Shown in pieces: positions 19,411-30,239 of a stretch of DNA of 31,931 nt. The translations under genes were made by a program, and so were the position numbers. The notes under the pieces are model-generated. The model saw only the letters and a program-made list of their open reading frames with translations, made no database searches and had not been told where the DNA came from. The DNA is taken from the NCBI GenBank assembly GCA_963815455.1, contig CAWFGO010000007.1:1-31931 (forward strand). The letters are read 5' to 3'. The number at the start of each line of letters is the position of its first letter. The stretch's first letter is position 1. Source of the DNA: an uncultured Verrucomicrobiae bacterium. Lineage in GTDB: Bacteria; Verrucomicrobiota; Verrucomicrobiia; Chthoniobacterales; UBA10450.

Positions 19411-19473
19411 GAGCCCACAGAAAAACACAGTTAGGTAAGCCGGTTCGCGCTAACCTCGAAACTTTCGGGGCTT

Positions 19474-20251
19474 TTACAAAGAGTTTGCTTGCCGTTTGAG
19501 GAACTCCTTGGCCAGCGCGCGATAGGCCGCCGCGCCGGTCCCACCGGAGTCGTATTCCAGAACGGATTTGCCGAAGCTGGGCGCTTCGCTCAGGCGAACC
19601 GTGCGCGGGAATTACTGTTGCGTAAACGCGCGGGCCGAAATGTGCGCGCACGTCGGCCACGACTTGCCCGCTTAAGTTGGTGCGGCTGTCGAACATGGTC
19701 ATGACAATGCCGCCGATTTCGAGCCGGTCGTTCGCACCGGAGTCGCGGATCTGTTCGACCACACGGACGATTTTGACCAGGCCTTCGAGCGCGAAATACT
19801 CGCATTGAATCGGCGTCAGAAGCTCGTCGGCGGCGGCGAGCGCGTTGGTCATCAAAATGCCTAACGATGGCGGGCAATCGAGCAGAACGAAATCGAAGGT
19901 ATCGTCGGCGCGTAGCGGCTTGAGCGTTTCGGTCAGGCGGGTGAGATGATTTTCCATGCGCGCGATCTCGATCTCGGCGCCGGCAAGATCGAGATCGGCC
20001 GGGATGATGAACAGACGCTCACATCGGGTCGGCAAAATTTGGTCGGTAATCGATGCCGCTCCCAGCAACGGATCGTAAAGACTGGTCCCGTCCAATCCCT
20101 GTAAACCGAACGAGCTGGTCGCGTTGGCCTGCGGATCGAGATCGACCAGCAGAATGCGCTGGCCCAGCTCCGCCAAGGCGCAGCCGAGATTAACGGCCGT
20201 GGTCGTTTTGCCGACGCCGCCTTTTTGATTTGCGATGGCGATGATCTTCAT
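19474..20251 (-). CDS. parA: ParA/Soj family chromosome-partitioning ATPase (frameshift at ~19607)
   Basis: '[22 protein letters not shown]', 'DLDPQANAT', 'DCPPSLG', '[12 protein letters not shown]'. The canonical tail '[19 protein letters not shown]...[12 protein letters not shown]' is in another frame, ending at TAA 19476-19474. Confidence 0.93.
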
Positions 20252-20253
20252 TT

Positions 20254-20388
20254 CGGGGAGAGCACGCGCCCTGCGGAGTGCCGGCGACTCGGCGCTATCG
20301 CCAGCGCGAACTTTTTCTCGTGATCACGTGCACAAATCTTTTTGGCGGGGGCGCCAAAAAGGACACGCGAGGGCGCGTGTGCTCCCCG
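20254..20388. repeat. REP/MITE-like palindromic element
   Basis: Terminal inverted repeats CGGGGAGAGCACGCGCCCT (20254-20272) / AGGGCGCGTGTGCTCCCCG (20370-20388); internal hairpin TTTTTGGCG/CGCCAAAAA; flanked by an 18-bp direct repeat. Confidence 0.65.
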
Positions 20389-20410
20389 GAGTCAGTGATG
20401 GCGATGATTT

Positions 20411-22846
20411 TCATGAGCGCGGAACGATGAGTGTTCGCAGCTCGAAGGTGCGTCTTCCATCCGGTTCCTTCCACAACAAATGATCCGGATCGGGCAACAT
20501 TTCGGTGACTTCGATCTCGCTGGATTTGGTCAGCCAGCGATGGAAAATTTCTAGGAAGAGATAGCTCTCCAGATCGACAAACACCGGCTTGGTGTCCTTG
20601 TCGCGGCCTTCCGCGCCGCTGCGGCGAAGGGCCTGCTCGGTCGGGCGAATATAAATGTAACGCGGCAAATCGCGCTGGGCGCGTAGGCGTTCGATCGCGA
20701 GAACGAGATCGCGCGAAACGCCTGTGAAATTGCCGTGGCCGAGTTCGTCCAGCGTCATAGTCCAGGCCCGGCGTTGCACAATTACGTTTCCGCAACGCAA
20801 CCGCGGCATGTGCGGCGCCATCCCAAATTGAAACGGATGAAACCCGAGCGGAATAATCCAGTCGCGGGCAAACGAGCCAAGATATTCCTGGTTGTCGATC
20901 CTCCGCAGGCAAACGTCGCCGTTGGTTGGATCGACATAAACTTCCGCTTGCGAGGGCGGAACAGTTTTCCAGGCCGGATTCCCCCGCTGGGGCGCGACAA
21001 AAATTGTGATGACCGGAATAGCGTCGAAAAAGCGCACAGTAGTGTGCGCCGTGAAATCGGCAGCAAAAATCCCGAAGTGAAAATTCGGCCGGTTCAAGGT
21101 CGCGCGCGCGCACGCGTAATTTAGGGCCGCTTTGTCGGGGCAACTCCAATAGAACCCGTGGTGCAGAAGAGCAATAGGAGGATGCAGTTCGCGCAAGAAT
21201 CCATTGATATTCGTCGCGGGCCACGGACGTCGATTGATTCGGCTGCGAGTTGCAGATCGGCCGACGGATAAGTGTATTCGTCGAAATTAGGATATTGAAA
21301 GTTTTTCCGCATGAAGTGGCAGTCATCGGTGGTCAGTTCGTATTCCGCCAGGTTAGCATGAGCCTTCATCCGTTTGCGGAAAGTTGCTTTGACTTCCTGA
21401 AATGCGATGTGCGCGGGAGCGACCAGACCCGGGCCGGTAACGACAAATTCGCATTCTGGCAGGCTCGCAAAAAGCTGGCAACGGAGGCGGCACCATTTTG
21501 GCCTGGCGTCTTTTCCAAAACGCGGCGCAAACCAGCCGCGACCCGACTGGCAATAAACGCATAGGAGTCGCGCCAAAAATCAATCCAGAGTTCGGCCTCC
21601 ACAGCGACTTCGTCGATCATCGCCTCGTTGATAACAAATCCGCATTCGCGAAAACACTCTTCGCCAATGGGATTGCTCGCTGAATACAAGAAACGATCGC
21701 CGGACTCACGGACCGCGCCGAGTGATCCGTAGACGCGCGCGTGCCTCATCGAGAAGTTCCTGCCGCTTGTCGTGTCAATCGCGCGGGCAAATTTCTCCGG
21801 CCAAGTCAGCGATGGGTCGCAAAATCGAGAGCCAGTTTGTCGGGTATAGCCAGTCGCCATTTTCCCACATCGTCGCGCAATACGATAAAAGCATGCGGTT
21901 CCAGCGCCGGAACCTCCACTTCGCATCGAATGACACTTTTTCGACGAGAACGCGAATTTCATCGATCGGCGTGCCCAATGAATGAACCGGCGTTTTTCCA
22001 TCGCAACGTCGTAGCAATTCGAGTTGAGAAGGGTCCAGTGCAACACTTCTCGCCCGACTCGGCGAAAATGAATTGATCGCCTTCGACTCGACCATCTGGA
22101 TTCAGGCGCGGCGAGAGTTCCGGAAAAATTTCGACGGTCAGCATTCATCGCCGCTGCAACGGCATGTGCTGTCCAGCGTTCCAGAAAAACTTCTCGTGCG
22201 GCAACGCCGGACAGAACGTCAAACTCTATTCCTTGAGTCAGTTTATCGACCTTGCCCCAGCCAGACGGACCAAATTCGCAAAGGTATCATTCTTGGCCGC
22301 GAGCCGCTGGAGATATAGCAATAAACTTTGCTCAATTTTGCGGGCTGCATTATTACGCCCAGGCAGCGTCGTGAGATCATCCGGATAGCGCGAGAGCTGT
22401 TCGACTAGAAGACCGCGAACGCTTTCCGCACCAAAGACAAGATATCGCACAAGCTGTGTTCGGCTTGATGCAAGAAGCGCAGAACGGGCGATCCGAATCT
22501 CGCGCTCAAGCACAGCATTCAAGGTAGATTCTAGTGATGCGACTTTGGCTGCAGCCGCGGCGTAATTTGTGAAGAGTGATGGTTGTTTTCCAGAGACTTG
22601 CGTTGGCGGTCGTCCGAGCCGTACCGCAATACGTAAGGCATGGTACGCTTCTGCGGATAGGAGTTGCTCGCGCGAGCGAAAAAAAGTTTCGACTTGCTCG
22701 ATTGCATCGGCGCGTTCATTCGTTCGCGCGAGCAGCTCGCGGGCGACAGCAATTGTGTCAGGTGTGTCGAGTCGTTGAATGGTATCGAATGGAACACCAG
22801 CCATTCGAATCAGAAAAATTGGAGCGACCTGATAAGCGGATGGCAC
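20411..22846 (-). CDS. stand-alone lantibiotic dehydratase glutamylation-domain protein (small LanB / PEARL-like), multiple frameshifts
   Basis: Motifs across frames: 'FLIRMAGVPF', 'YLQRLAAKNDTF(SEFGP)', RRE-like 'ELLRRCDGKTP', 'YPSADLQLAA...WILxELH', 'HMPRLRCGNVIVQRRAW', 'KPVFVDLES', 'VTEMLPDPDHLLWKEPDGRRTFELR'. About 810 codons, no elimination domain. Start uncertain (GTG 22846 or up to 22927). Confidence 0.82.
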
Positions 22847-22932
22847 GCATTGAGCAAAACCAAAGGGACGAGGACTGACAAGTGAAACCGCGATCCCGGC
22901 CCCGAGGGGTGAGCCGTTGCTCCCCAAAAATG

Positions 22933-22957
22933 CGACGGTGGGAGACTGCCGCTACAA
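22933..22957. repeat. half copy of the REP-like element seen at 11097
   Basis: Reverse complement TTGTAGCGGCAGTCTCCCACCGTC matches 11096-11119 TTGTAGCGGCGGTCTCCGACCGTC with 2 mismatches; lies right after the stop of the hybrid kinase. Confidence 0.55.
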
Positions 22958-24110
22958 CTAGACGTTCAGCAGCGGAAGGCGAATCGTGAAAATTGTTCCC
23001 GCAGCGGGCGTGCTGTCGACTTTGATGGAGCCGTTGTGGTCTTCGACGACCTTTTTTGTGATATAAAGCCCAAGACCGGTTCCGCTCTTGCCCTGTTTCG
23101 TCGTAAAATACGGATCGAAAATCTTGTTCATTTGGGCCGGGTCTATTCCTGCGCCGGTGTCTTCAATGACGATGTCGACGTAGAAATCTTTCCGCACACA
23201 AGTGACCGAAACCGGTCCTTTTTTCTCGGCGGACGCTTGCAGCGCATTAATAATAACATTTTGGATCGCCCGCTTGATTTGAACCGTGTCGCCCTGAAGC
23301 GTGCAGGGATCCTTGCAGACTTCGGATCTTAATTCGATGCCGCTTTGGGCCGCGACCGGGGTAAGTCCTTTCAGAACGTCGCGGACAATTTCGGAGACGG
23401 AGATCGGCTTGCGCGGGGAGGCTTCAACACTGCCGTAGCTTTGCCACATGGTCAGCAGCTCCCGGCAAAGGCGCACATTCTCTTCGATGATGTTTAGCTC
23501 TCGAATCGAATCGGTGTTCTCGGCGGCGTCACCGTTGTCAGTTTTTTCGAGTTTCTTGGCCAGAAGCTGGACATAGCCCCAAACAATCGTTAGTGGATTG
23601 CCCAGATCGTGGACGAATTCGGCCGAAGCCTGGCCGAGAGAGGCAAGCCGCTCTTTTTGGGCAAGCTCTTTCAGCAAGGCGGTTATTGAGTTCCTTGATT
23701 TCGGCGGCGGTGTGTTCGGCGGTCCGCTGGACCCGAGTGCGCTCGACATTGCGATCAATGACGTCGCGCATTTCGCCTGCATCAAAAGGTTTGCTGATGT
23801 AATCATTAGCGCCGAGCCGAAGTGCTTCGCGGGCCGTCTCGAGGGCGCCGAAACCGGTGAGCATGATCACAGAAAAATGGGGATCGATCTCGCGAATTTT
23901 GCGCAGTCCATCGATGCCGGTCATTCCGGGCATGCGAATATCCATGACGATCGTATCCGGGTTTTTTTCCTTCAGAAGCTTGAGGCCGGCTTCGACGCAA
24001 TCGGCAGTGTGCACCTGATAGTCCGGTTTCAGCAGCATCCGCAGGCTTTCGCGCGGACCGACTTCGTCGTCGATAACAAGGATTTCGGGCGGTTCAGGCG
24101 GAGCGGTCAT
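22958..24110 (-). CDS. cytoplasmic hybrid response regulator/histidine kinase (REC-HisKA-HATPase), frameshift at ~23680
   Basis: Receiver 'ILVIDDE...IVMDIRMPGMTG...MLTG...YISKPF' with all catalytic residues. H-box 'FVHDLGNPLT', N-box 'NVIINALQA', 'EDTGAGI', 'FDPYFTTK', 'GTGLGL'. Start may be up to 24170. Confidence 0.88.
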
Positions 24111-24469
24111 GAGGGTAGCAGCGGGGGTAGAAGCTAACGGCGTGCCGCGGAACGGAGGTAGATGCGGCAAACGGCCTCAGGAGCCATAAACATGCGGCGG
24201 GAAGATGAAATGATTTCGGTTGGCGCGCAAGCTGCGATTTGTGAATAAGTCGAGATTTGTTGGTGAATAAAGGGCTGAAATATGCGGGAAACGTATAATG
24301 ACTGGATTTAATGTAGCGTCTAGAAGTCGCGCCGTGACTCGGTTAACACCAATGTCGCAGTGACATTCTTTGCTCTTGGTGCAAAATATCTTCTGTAAAG
24401 CCTGCATTTGCGTGTGGTACTTTGCGGAAAGGCGATTCTCTTTATACGAATAGGCCGACTATCTCCGAC

Positions 24470-25705
24470 ATGATTAAGCGCAATCGAGTCGTCATTACCG
24501 GTATGGGGATCCTGGCTCCGAACGGGATCGGGATCGAGGCATTTTGGGAATCGCTTCTCGCCGGCCGCAGCGGGATCGGCCCAATCACGCTTGTTCGATG
24601 CGACCAATTTCAAAAGCCGGATCGCCGGCGAAGTAAAAAATTTCGACCCGCTCGATTACATCGATCCCGAACTGAAACCGAAGCGGATGGCACGGCATAC
24701 CCAGTTGGCATACGCTGCGACAATGCTGGCGCTCGACGATGCGGGCTGGACTCGACATCTGGAATTGCCGAGCCCGACGCCGGTGATTATCGGGGTCAGC
24801 ATGAATGCGATGGACGTAATGGAGCAGCTCTTCACATCGTAAGCGGACACGGACCGGATCGGCGCCGGCAACCACTTGTCCGCAGCGTCGATTCCTCAGG
24901 GAGCCGCAAACATGATTGCCGATCGGATCGGGGCTTGCGCGCACGCGACGACGATCTCATCGGCATGTCCTTCGGGACTGGATGCGATGGCGGACGCAGC
25001 AGCAATGATTCGCTGGGCGAAGCTGAAATCGCGATTGCCGGCGGCGCTGATGCTCCTATAACTCCGTTGGTCGATGGCTAGTCTTTACGCCAGCGGACTG
25101 AGCTCACGTCGAAATGGTGAACCGGAAAAGGCAAGCAGGCCGTTCGATTTGGACCGGGATTCGGGCGTGATATCGGAAGGCGCGGGTGTTTTCGTCCTGG
25201 AGAATCTTGAACGTGCCCGGGCGAGGGGCGCACGTAGTATGTAGAAATCAGAGGATACGGAAAGCAACGAGATCTGGATCCTAACAGGCCGGCATCGGGC
25301 TTGGAGGAATCAATGAGGCAGGCGTTGGCAAATGGCTCTGCGACATCGAGGAAGTTGATTACATTTCGGCCTACGGACCGGGTCATCCGGTGCTCGATGC
25401 CGCGGAAGTGGACATGATGAAGAAGGTTTTCGCGAGCACGCTTATGCGATTCCGGTCAGTTCGATCAAAGGTGATAACGGGGAAGCCTTATCTGCTGGCG
25501 GCCCATTCCAAGTTGCAGCGTCCGCGTTGACTATCCGGGACCAGATAATCCCCCCAACCGCAAATTATGATGCGCCGATCCAAATTGCGACTTGGACTTT
25601 GTTCCGCAGCGGGCCGCGAAGAGCAAAAGTGAATTGCATCGTGATCAACGTTCGAGGTCTGGGCGGAAGCGCCAGTTCGATGTTGTCAAATCGTGTCAAG
25701 ATTGA
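24470..25705 (+). CDS. FabF-like beta-ketoacyl synthase with atypical active site (several frameshifts)
   Basis: '[17 protein letters not shown]', '[14 protein letters not shown]', Cys motif 'TISSACPSG', 'AIAGGADA', '[25 protein letters not shown]', 'IIPPTANY', '[12 protein letters not shown]'. Probable stop TGA 25703-25705 overlaps the next ATG. Confidence 0.85.
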
Positions 25706-28221
25706 TGAAAAGCCCTGTCATACCGATTCTCGTCGCGATCGTTATCCAGCTTGGCCTCGGCCTCGTTGTCTTTCAGGCCAACTCCAGGCGCAAAGGCAAA
25801 TCAGTGTTTCTTGCTTTTATCAATTGCGATCGGGGGTATGGCTGGGCAGCCTGTGCCTTATATTTCAGGCGAACACGGTCGAAATCGCTGCAATTCGCCA
25901 TACGGGAGGCATCCGTCATGGGCGCCGTGATTCTTACGCGTCTTCAATTTGCTGCGACTGTCGATAAGATCGAGAGGGAGCGATCCTGGCGTGAATATTC
26001 GCAAGTCGTGGGCTTGGTTGTTCGTGTTATCCTGGTAGTTGCATTCTGCCAAACCAGACTTCTTCCTCAAAGGAGCGCGATCTTTCCCTCGCGCGACGGA
26101 GCCAGTTGCCGATTTACGGCGAAGCTTCCGTGCTTTATGGGCGTATCTCGTTTTAGCCGGGGTAGCCTCTTGTCGTAGTTATGCGCGGGATATACGAAAG
26201 GCGACTGCGGTCAAGAGAGCAGAACTCGCCTTTATCCTAATTGGTGTCGGCGTCGTGATTAGCATAACCCTTTTGTCCGTCGCCCTTGGCTTCTTAATCG
26301 ATCGCTCGCGACTCGTCTGGTTGGCGCCGCTTCGGATGGTGCTTTTAGCATCATCATTGCTTATGGAATCGCCACGCGAAAGATCATGGATGTCGGGTAC
26401 TCTTTCGCCGGATTATTTCCTACACGCTGCTTGGCGGCATATCTTCTTGGCGCTTTATGCGTGGTCTGGTGGTTGGTGGCGACGGTGTTCAATCGTTGAT
26501 CCAAATGCCCGCTCGATTGCGCACGTAGCGGCCGCAATCGTGATTGCCATTGCCATGGCCCCGGCCCGAGGCATTTCCCAGCGATTGGCCGAGCGGCTTT
26601 TCATTAGCTCCCATCAACTGGATTTCCGCGCGACCGTGAGCAAGGCTGCCAAGATTCTGAGCTCGGTCACGACCTTACGCGATTTGCTCGATCGATTTGC
26701 CAATACTGTCGCGGAAGCCGTCGGCACTGACCGCGTCTTTATTCTACTGCCGGAAAAGCACGCATTTTCGCAGCGTATCCGACTGTGTGATCCTGGCTGC
26801 GCGTCATCGACTGGAGCTAACGCGCGACCAGGCGACGATCGACCAGCTTCACCTCGGATCGCGAGCCGATCGTGATGGACGAACTGCATCGGGTGCGTCC
26901 CACGCCGCAACTTCGCAGTGTAATGCGGCAATTGGATTCGCTCCAATCGGCGCTGGCGATGGGAATTTACGCTCGCGACCAGCTGGCCGGGGTGATGTTG
27001 CTCGGGGCGCGAAAGTCGGGACGCATTTACGGCACGGTGGAACAGAATGCGTTGCAGGTGTTGTGCGGTCAGCTCGCAGTGGCGATCGAAAACGCCGAGC
27101 TGTTCACCGAAGTGCAGAACGCCAAGATCTACAACGAAACCTTGCTGGAAAATCTGACCAGCGGTGTGATCGCTGTGGGAACCGACGAGCGAATCACCGT
27201 TTTCAATAACGAAGCCGGGCAGATCACGGGGTTGAATTCGCAGGAGATGCTCGATTGTCTCGCTGGACGAACTGCCCGGAACCGCTCCGCGAGCCTTTGC
27301 GCAAGACGTTGGCAACCGGCGAAAGCGAGGTGAACCGCGAATTGGTCCTGCGCTCCGGAGATGAAGGCGTGGTCATTCGTGCCAGCACTTCGATCTTCCA
27401 TGGAGAAGATCGACAAATCCTGGGCGCGTTGATGGTGTTGACCGATATCACCTCGATCAAGCGGCTCGAATTGCAGATCCGTCGAAGCGATCGTCTGGCA
27501 AGTCTGGGCACGCTTTCCGCTGGCATGGCGCACGAGATCAAGAACCCGCTGGTTTCGATCAAGACCTTCGCCCAATTATTGCCGGACCGTTATCAGGATT
27601 CCGATTTTCGGGAAACATTTTCGAACTTGATCGGCCATGAGATCGAGCGGATCGATACGCTGGTGAACCAATTGCTCCGCTTCGCCCGCCCAGCCAAACC
27701 GCATCTGAAGCCGATGCACGTTCATGAAGTGCTGGAAAAATCGCTTCGGCTCGTCGGTCATCGTTTGCATCAAAGACAAATTAAATTAACTCGCTCTTTT
27801 GACGCAAATGTTGACACAATACGGGCCGATCCGGACCAGCTCGAGCAAGTCTTTCTGAATTTCTTTATTAATGCCATGGACGCGATGAAAAACGGCGGCG
27901 AACTGAGCGTGCGGACAGAGATCCGCATGGAAGAGCAACGGGTCTCCGCCACGCGCCGATCCAACGGCGAGCCGCTACGAAGCGCTTCGAATCACTATTC
28001 GCGACACCGGGGAAGGAATTCGCAGCGAAGATATTCCGCACGTCTTCGATCCATTTTTTACCACAAAAGATTACGGCACCGGCCTGGGGTTATCGGTCGT
28101 GCACGGGATTATTCAGGAGCATGGCGGCCAGATCGAAGTGGAAAGTGAGCCGCAAAAGGGAACGGCGTTTCACATCCTGCTTCCGCTGGTCAGGTTTGAC
28201 CGAGAGGTGGCGGCGGCATGA
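25705..28221 (+). CDS. multi-pass membrane sensor histidine kinase (TM bundle-GAF-PAS-HisKA-HATPase), several frameshifts
   Basis: About 300 aa of hydrophobic helices; GAF end 'QLAVAIENAELF'; PAS 'LLENLTSGVIAVG..ITVFNNEAGQITG'; H-box 'GMAHEIKNPLVSIKTFAQLL'; 'DTGEGI..FDPFFTTKDYGTGLGL' in a shifted frame ending TGA 28219-28221. Confidence 0.87.
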
Positions 28222-30239
28222 CACCAGCGCCGATTTGCGTTTTATATACTCAGGACCCCGAATTAGCGCGGCGGATCAAAGCGTACCTGCGATCGACGTC
28301 GCAGGTGCGTCATGTGGTCGAGCCGGACCGGCTGGACGCGGTTCTCCAGCAATCGGTTCGGCCCTGCTCATCATAGATCTGCGGGTCAAGGAATCTCGCG
28401 ATCTGATCGAACAGATGCAAAACGAATGGCCCGAGGTCTTGATCATTGCGCTGGGCGTGCCCGGTTCCGATCCGCTCCGTGAAGCCGAGCAATTCGGAAT
28501 TTATGCAGCTGAAGAACTGGACCTCGAGCGACGCCTGTTCCAAGCGATGGCCGACCGGGCTTTCGATCATCTCCAGGCTGCTGCAGGAAAACCGCGAGCT
28601 CAGGGAAAAATCGACAATGGCTGCCGCAGCCCTGCCACGGCGAATCGAGATCTGCCAAGCAACAGTTGCCGGCGCGTTCGCTGTCGCATTGCTGCGTTTC
28701 CCCCGCGTTTTTCGCCGGTTCGAAAATGTCGATGCGCTTTTGGCAGCGTCGTTGAAAGCGTAGCCGATGCCGCCGGCGTGACGCGCGTTGGGATTTTTTC
28801 GAAGGCTCGCCAGGGCGATCGGTACCGGCTTCGGGCGGGCTTGCGCTGTTTCCCGGAAACACACGAAATGGAGTTTGGCGAGCGCGATCGCTTGCCACGC
28901 TGGTTTGAACGGCACGCCCATTTGATTTCTCGGTCGAACCTCGCCAACAGCCGGATCCAAAGGGAGCGAATGGTCATGCGGCGGGCGCTCGATTCCTTTG
29001 GCGCGGAAGTGATCGTGCCTCTTTACGCGCGCGAGCCGCATCATCGGCTGGATTTTTTTCGGGCATCACGTCACCGGCCAGAGATTCGATCATCACGATC
29101 TCGAGGGACTGATGATGCTCGCCGAGACATGTGTCCACTGTGCTTGGAAAACGCGTTCCTCTACGAGGAGGCGACATTGCAAAAAACGCTGGCCGAAACG
29201 CTGCTGAAAGCATCCCGCCCGGCATCGTCGCCACGGACGAGGAAGGAATCATTCGATGGTTCAATCCGACGGCGGAACAAATCCTCGGTATCTCCAAGGA
29301 GAACTGTCTTGAGTAAACCTGTCGAGACTGCCGGCAGCAGACTGGCTGGCTTCGTTCGCGAGACTCTTGATTCCAAAGCCGCGATTTGCCAGCAGACAAT
29401 GGATCGACAACCTGACGCGGCGACGATCTCGGTGGAAACACGTCGGCTCGTTGATCAACGATGCGTCGCTGGGCGCCGTGGCTGTGATCAGCGATCTCAC
29501 GCGCTGAAGAGGGCTTGCGCGAAAAAGAAGCGCTGGTCGAGCGGGCGGCATTTTGGACCGATCTGGCCGCTAGCATGTCGCACGAGATTCGCAATCCGCT
29601 GGTCGCCATCAAAACTTTTGCCCAATTGCTTCCCGAGCGCTTTGATGATGCCGATTTCCGAAAGGAATTTAATTAGATCGTCGTAAGAGAAATTGATCGC
29701 CTCGACAAAATCATTACCCAGATCAACAATTTTGCGCATCCGCCCGACATCATCCTGAAGCCGGTGGACGTGCGCGGCGCCTGTGAAAAAGGGGATCGAG
29801 ATCGCGCGGGAGCGGTTCGGTGTGAATGGCGGCGTTCCGGTGGAGACATCGTTGCCGAACAATCTGCCGCAAAGTGATCGGCGACGAGACGGCACTGGCC
29901 GAAGCGTTCGCCCATCTGGTGGCCAATGCGGCCGAGGCATCTCCGGTCAGACCAAGCGCGCGCATCACTCTTTCGGCTAAAGCGATTCGCGAAGGGAAGC
30001 GGGTCAACCGGCGTCGTCGTGACTGTGCGGGACAATGGAAGGGGATCGCGCCCGAGATGAAAAAAAAGGTATTCTCCCCATTTTGCACGACCAAAACGCG
30101 CGGTATGGGGCTGGGCTTGCCAATTGTTAAGCGGACGGTATTCGATCACAACGGCCGGGTCGAGATCGATTCGTCCCCGCACGGCACATTGGTGAATGTG
30201 ATTCTGCCCGCGAAATCGAACGGGCAAAATGACGGCTGA
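28218..30239 (+). CDS. soluble histidine kinase (degenerate receiver-GAF-PAS-HisKA-HATPase), several frameshifts and one in-frame TAG
   Basis: ATGA overlap with the previous gene; receiver-like start 'MTPAPICVLYTQDPELARRI..LLIIDLR'; 'LENAFLYEE'; PAS 'SIPPGIVATDEEGIIRWFNPTAEQILG'; 'MSHEIRNPLVAIKTFAQLL'; 'FSPFCTTKTRGMGLGL'. Confidence 0.85.

Noticed and set aside
19474..20251. parA as evidence for a plasmid or prophage
   Set aside because: Soj-like chromosomal type without an N-terminal HTH; neighbours include tRNA, fba and lpxD; no rep, parB or phage genes seen.
20295..20414. 39-aa ORF MKIIAITDSGEH... as the precursor peptide of the LanB-like enzyme
   Set aside because: It consists of the duplicated parA start plus repeat-element sequence, and is basic rather than resembling a scaffold peptide.
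29674..29676. In-frame TAG in HK2 as recoding (pyrrolysine/readthrough)
   Set aside because: Single instance in an error-rich gene; TAG is used as a normal stop elsewhere (4366, 19410); no pyl genes seen.
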